From NCBI RefSeq assembly GCF_000737315.1, contig NZ_JMCB01000008.1, positions 82,001 through 144,000 on the forward strand: a stretch of DNA of 62,000 bases, in the 5' to 3' direction. Position 1 is the first letter of the stretch; every line of letters starts with the position of its first letter. Positions 59,001 to 62,000 of the stretch are shown piece after piece. Source of the DNA: Hyalangium minutum (GTDB lineage Bacteria; Myxococcota; Myxococcia; Myxococcales; Myxococcaceae). The translations under genes and the position numbers were made by a program. A model generated the notes under the pieces. It ran no database searches, was not told where the DNA came from, and saw nothing but the letters and a program-made list of their open reading frames with translations.

Positions 59001-62000
59001 TCGATGGCCAGGATGGCCTCGACGCAGGCGTCCGCGTTCGCCAGGTTCTGGTACTTGTCCTCCCAGATGCCCGCGCTGCGGAAGAGCACCCGGACCCGCT
59101 CCCGGTAGTCCGTGCTCAGCTCCAGCATGCGCTCGTAGACCGCCAGCAGCTCCGCCGGCTGGTCCATCTTCGTGTGCAGCCGCTCGAGCGACTCCAGCGC
59201 CTCGCGGTTCTCCGGGTTGAACTCCAGCGCTTGCCGGTAGGCCACCACCGCGGCCTCGTCATCGCCGATGTCCCGCTCGTAGACGCCCGCCACTTCAACC
59301 TGGATGCGCGCGCGCTCCTCCGCCGTGCCCATCAGGTCCCGCTTGCGCTGCAACGTGGCAGCCACGTCCGAGTGCGCGTTCTGGCGGCGGTACAGCGCGG
59401 CCAGCACGTCCAGCGTCTCCACGTCCGGCTCGAGCTCCAGGGCTCGCAGCAGCGCCGTGGCCGCCTCCTGCGGATCCCCCACCCGCTCGTCGTAGATGCG
59501 GGCGATCTCCTTCAAGATGCTCTTGCGCGACTCGATGGACGCAGCGGCCTCGAGCTGCTGCTCCAGGGCCACCACGTACTCGCGGTCCCGGCCGCGCCGC
59601 TGGAACATCCCCGCCAGCCCCTCGAGCGCCGTGGCGTTCGTCGGGTCGAACTCGAGGATCTTCCGATACGCCGCCTCGGCCGCAGCCGCGTCATCCAGCT
59701 TCTCGTCGTGGACGCGCGCCAGCGTGGCGTAGAGCCGCTCGGCCAGCGGTCCCTTGGGCAGCGAGTCCGCCACCTCCTCGTAGACCGCCGCGAGCTCCTC
59801 ATGAGAGCCCGTCTCGTTCGCCAGCCGCTCCACCTGCTCGCGGATGGTGTCGTCCGCCGCGTCGATCTGCAGCGCACGGCACATGGCCAGGAACGCCACG
59901 TCCTTCTGACCGAGCCGCTCCTCCTGCACCCGCGCCAGCTCGCGCAGCCAGGTGAGCTTCTCCTCGTCCGTGACGAGGTTAGGCATGTACCGGTCCACCA
60001 CGCCGGCGTAGGCACGCCAGTCGTTGTGGCTGCGGTACAGCGCCGACACCCGCTCGAAGGCCGTGCGGTTGGCCGGATCCAGCTCCAGCACCTTCTCCAG
60101 AGCGCCCGCGGACTGCTCGGGCTTGGCGCCCGGGCCTTCCCACATGTCCGCCACCGCAAAGTACGCGGCCACCGCCTGCTCGCGCTCCTCCGTGCCCAGG
60201 TGCACCTGCACCTTGAGTTCCAGCGCGCGGACGGCGTCGTTATAGGCACGCAGGGACACGAACAGCGCCTGGACGCGATCCAGGTCCGGCACCGTGTGCG
60301 GCTCCACCTCGAGCGCGCGGCGGGCGGCGTCCAGCGCCTCCTCGCGGCGGCCCATCTCTGCCAGCACCTCCGCCAGGCGGATGCGCAGCGCCTTCACGCC
60401 CTCCGAGGACTCCTGCAGCGGCACGAGCCGGCGCAGCACCGCCACCAGCTCCTCACGCTGGGCCGTCTCCTCGTACAGCTCACGCAGCGTGTCCAGCACC
60501 ACCCGGTGGCGCGGGTCGCGGTCCAGCGCGGCCTTGAAGTACGGCACCGCCGCCTCGGGCTGCTTCAGCAGCCGGTACGCCACCCGGCCCAGCCGCTCGT
60601 TGAGGCGCACGACCTCGCGCGGATCCAGCGTCTGCGCCAGCCGATCCGCCAGCAACGTCCGCAGCTCTTCCGGACGATCCGCGCGCTCCAGCAGGCTCTC
60701 CAGCGCGGAGAAGGCCTGCTCGTTGCGCGGGTTCTTCGCCAGCAGCTCGCGGTACAGCTCGATGGAGCGGCCCAGGTCCGCCAGCCCCTCGGCCGACACC
60801 TGCGCCATCTTGGAGAGAACGCGCTCCTTCTCCGCCCCGCTCACGCGCTCCAGCTCGTGCTGCAGGATGGCGTACAGCTTGTCGGACGCGCCCGCCGCCT
60901 CGTACAGGCCCTCCAGGAGCCGCGCGGACGCCAGGTGCGCCGGATCAATGGTCAGGATCTGCTCGTAGGCCGACGCCGCCCGGTCCATGCTCTCCAGGCG
61001 CTCCTGGCACAGCTGGCCCAGGCGGAACAGGAAGCCCGTCTTGTCCGCCGGTGCCGTGGCGCCCGTGGCCAGCTGCTCCAGCACGCCCGCCAGCTCCGGC
61101 CACGCCTCCAGCCCCACGTAGAGCCGATCCAGCGCCAGCAGCGCCTTCTCCTGCACGGACGCGTGCAGCGTGCGCGCGCGCTCGTAGTAGGTGATGGCGC
61201 GCTCGGGCTCGCGCAGCTTCGTCTCCAGCATCTGCCCGAGCTTGAGGCACACATCCGCCGCGTCCTCCGCCTCGGCGATGCGCGGCAGCGCCTCCTCGTA
61301 GGCCGCCACCAGCTCGTCATACGTGCTGGAGGCATCCGTCGCGCTCTCCAGCCGGTGACGCAGGTCCGCGTCGTTCGGGTCCTCCTTGAACGCCCGGAAG
61401 AGCGCCAGGAACGCCAGCTCCGCCTCTCCCTGCGTCTCGCGCAGCGTGGCCAGCTCGCCCAGGAGCGCCTTCTTCTCGAAGGCGTCCGTGGAGGCGCCCA
61501 CGCGCACCTCGATGTACTGCGCCAACTTGGTGATGTCGCCGCTGGCCCGCAGGGCCTTCAGCAGCGTCTCCACCGCGAGCAGGTTCTGCGGCTCGCGGCT
61601 CACCCACGCCTCCATGCGCGCCACCGCGCCCGCATGGTTCGGCTGCAGCGTGAGCACCTCGCCGAAGAGCGCCAGTGCGCCCGGCTTGTCCAGCAGCTTG
61701 CCCTCGCGCACCGTGGCCAGCCGGAACTTCAGCTCCAGCGCCTGCTCCGGCGGCATCAGCGCGATGCGCTTGGCCAGCACGTCCGCGAGCTCCGGCCAGC
61801 GCTCCTGCTTCTGGCACAGGCTCTCCATCCGGCCGAGCGCCGCCGCGTCATCCGGCTTGAGCTCCAGCAACCGCCGGAACGTCGCGAGCGCCCCGAGGGT
61901 GTCCTTGAGCTGATCCTCCTGCAGCACGCCGATCTGGAAGAGCACCACGGCACGGCGAACCGGATCCTCGGCCATCGCCAGCTGGCGGCGCAGCACTTCC
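56069..62000 (-). CDS. gltI: Giant TPR protein GltI/AgmK (5' part outside window)
   Basis: More than 1975 aa of continuous TPR repeats; adjacent to gltJ as in the myxobacterial gliding cluster. Confidence 0.85.
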   Translation of the reverse strand, partial: EVLRRQLAMAEDPVRRAVVLFQIGVLQEDQLKDTLGALATFRRLLELKPDDAAALGRMESLCQKQERWPELADVLAKRIALMPPEQALELKFRLATVREGKLLDKPGALALFGEVLTLQPNHAGAVARMEAWVSREPQNLLAVETLLKALRASGDITKLAQYIEVRVGASTDAFEKKALLGELATLRETQGEAELAFLALFRAFKEDPNDADLRHRLESATDASSTYDELVAAYEEALPRIAEAEDAADVCLKLGQMLETKLREPERAITYYERARTLHASVQEKALLALDRLYVGLEAWPELAGVLEQLATGATAPADKTGFLFRLGQLCQERLESMDRAASAYEQILTIDPAHLASARLLEGLYEAAGASDKLYAILQHELERVSGAEKERVLSKMAQVSAEGLADLGRSIELYRELLAKNPRNEQAFSALESLLERADRPEELRTLLADRLAQTLDPREVVRLNERLGRVAYRLLKQPEAAVPYFKAALDRDPRHRVVLDTLRELYEETAQREELVAVLRRLVPLQESSEGVKALRIRLAEVLAEMGRREEALDAARRALEVEPHTVPDLDRVQALFVSLRAYNDAVRALELKVQVHLGTEEREQAVAAYFAVADMWEGPGAKPEQSAGALEKVLELDPANRTAFERVSALYRSHNDWRAYAGVVDRYMPNLVTDEEKLTWLRELARVQEERLGQKDVAFLAMCRALQIDAADDTIREQVERLANETGSHEELAAVYEEVADSLPKGPLAERLYATLARVHDEKLDDAAAAEAAYRKILEFDPTNATALEGLAGMFQRRGRDREYVVALEQQLEAAASIESRKSILKEIARIYDERVGDPQEAATALLRALELEPDVETLDVLAALYRRQNAHSDVAATLQRKRDLMGTAEERARIQVEVAGVYERDIGDDEAAVVAYRQALEFNPENREALESLERLHTKMDQPAELLAVYERMLELSTDYRERVRVLFRSAGIWEDKYQNLANADACVEAILAIDQTNMQAIKTLIRLRRMQERWEDLIVAYERQLSLTTEPKEQAELYVEMGTVYHQQLKAVDRAVASYQYALQVEPSCRPALNALGKLYERSGNWPDALEMLRLEAQVLGQSPEAVELYHRMGKINEDMLMDTGSAKSSYQQALAIDPGYLPSIRALKGIQEQDQDWGGYEQTLLQEAQSSDDPQAKARALLDVAKYHAETRQDQQTATHYFEEVLKHVPDSLEAARPLADVYIAREDWMLGEKMLDIVVRKMAEKAIAEKDGAVTVDLSRQLYRLGYVSEKLGKREKALDAYEKSYGLDSRYLANLESFGNLLVQSKRYDDALKVFQAILIHHRESLTDLEVVEVYWQLGDVLAALGHADRAQNHFEKALAIDPGHEPSLRALVALMDKARQYEKSAELRQQLVNVLDGEAKAKVLLELGEIAREMLKDPYMAIDAFSGALREQPDAPEVMDKLYVLLRETRQGHKAADVLQRMLSLPALAAEPHKAKRVWFALAEIRRDEAKDVEGAAEAFNRALDLDHRFVEAFSALEAMLGQASQWKALEDNYARMLSRIPKTPDTHVARMALWRALGDLYLQVLKNTEGAVAAYGVVAKGLPEDAKVQETFAEVAGQVQGKEEEAIAALRRALPNTEDPRKVCGHLVRLLAVRKDYDGAWLAAQAVGGLIGDPGDDEKEILTKLGPYAKRKEVAQRALTDRLWQTHLFHPKVRTPLSELMGILFEQVGHLYAVPFQQYQIVPKKHRIDVGTSQEYHVHHYRYVARLLGMEAVELYSPFLMATRERLSRRSNEPAPEPMINAELLQTHPACVRVGGKFFAEQGQKEVYYLLGRTLALARSELAFSQRLAPDRLEALLQAAMTMVVQIRHTADPRHFAEARQLLEKNLSEPARAALAKVVRAYLPTATPTDVRTWLEGVELTAARAGLFASGEMEPAKRMVTGETGSSFRVPPRTKLRDLLVFATSEDLHDLRVAVGTHVEVQVRK

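Overview
High-GC (~70%) myxobacterial chromosome (Myxococcaceae/Archangiaceae-like) in four parts. (1) 130-14742: core phosphate region with phoB-phoR, a metallophosphoesterase, sixA, a second PhoB-type regulator, a phosphate porin, pstSCAB-phoU and candidate Pho boxes. (2) 15011-16609: a lipoprotein nuclease-fold toxin/immunity-like pair at the 3' end of tRNA-Arg(CCG). (3) About 16800-47354: a ~30 kb decaying accessory island ending in a tyrosine-integrase remnant at the 3' end of tRNA-Leu(TAA). It carries hypoxia/fermentation-type genes: a group 3b [NiFe]-hydrogenase, hypAFCDE, acsA, ppsA, adh, hsp20, two P-type ATPases, ClC, and pdhA and atpD relics. (4) 47541-62000: ffh, an Ig-like lipoprotein, a TIGR04552-like gene, a MORN-repeat protein, a Cys-rich lipoprotein and the gliding genes gltJ and gltI (partial). 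The main observation is that the hydrogenase operon occurs as two diverged copies about 16 kb apart with reciprocal deletions. Copy 1 keeps beta, large subunit and maturases but lost ~1985 bp (cNMP protein, gamma, delta). Copy 2 keeps exactly those three genes and has the rest collapsed into fragments. A complete four-subunit enzyme can only be made from both loci together. All family names come from motif recognition, not database searches.
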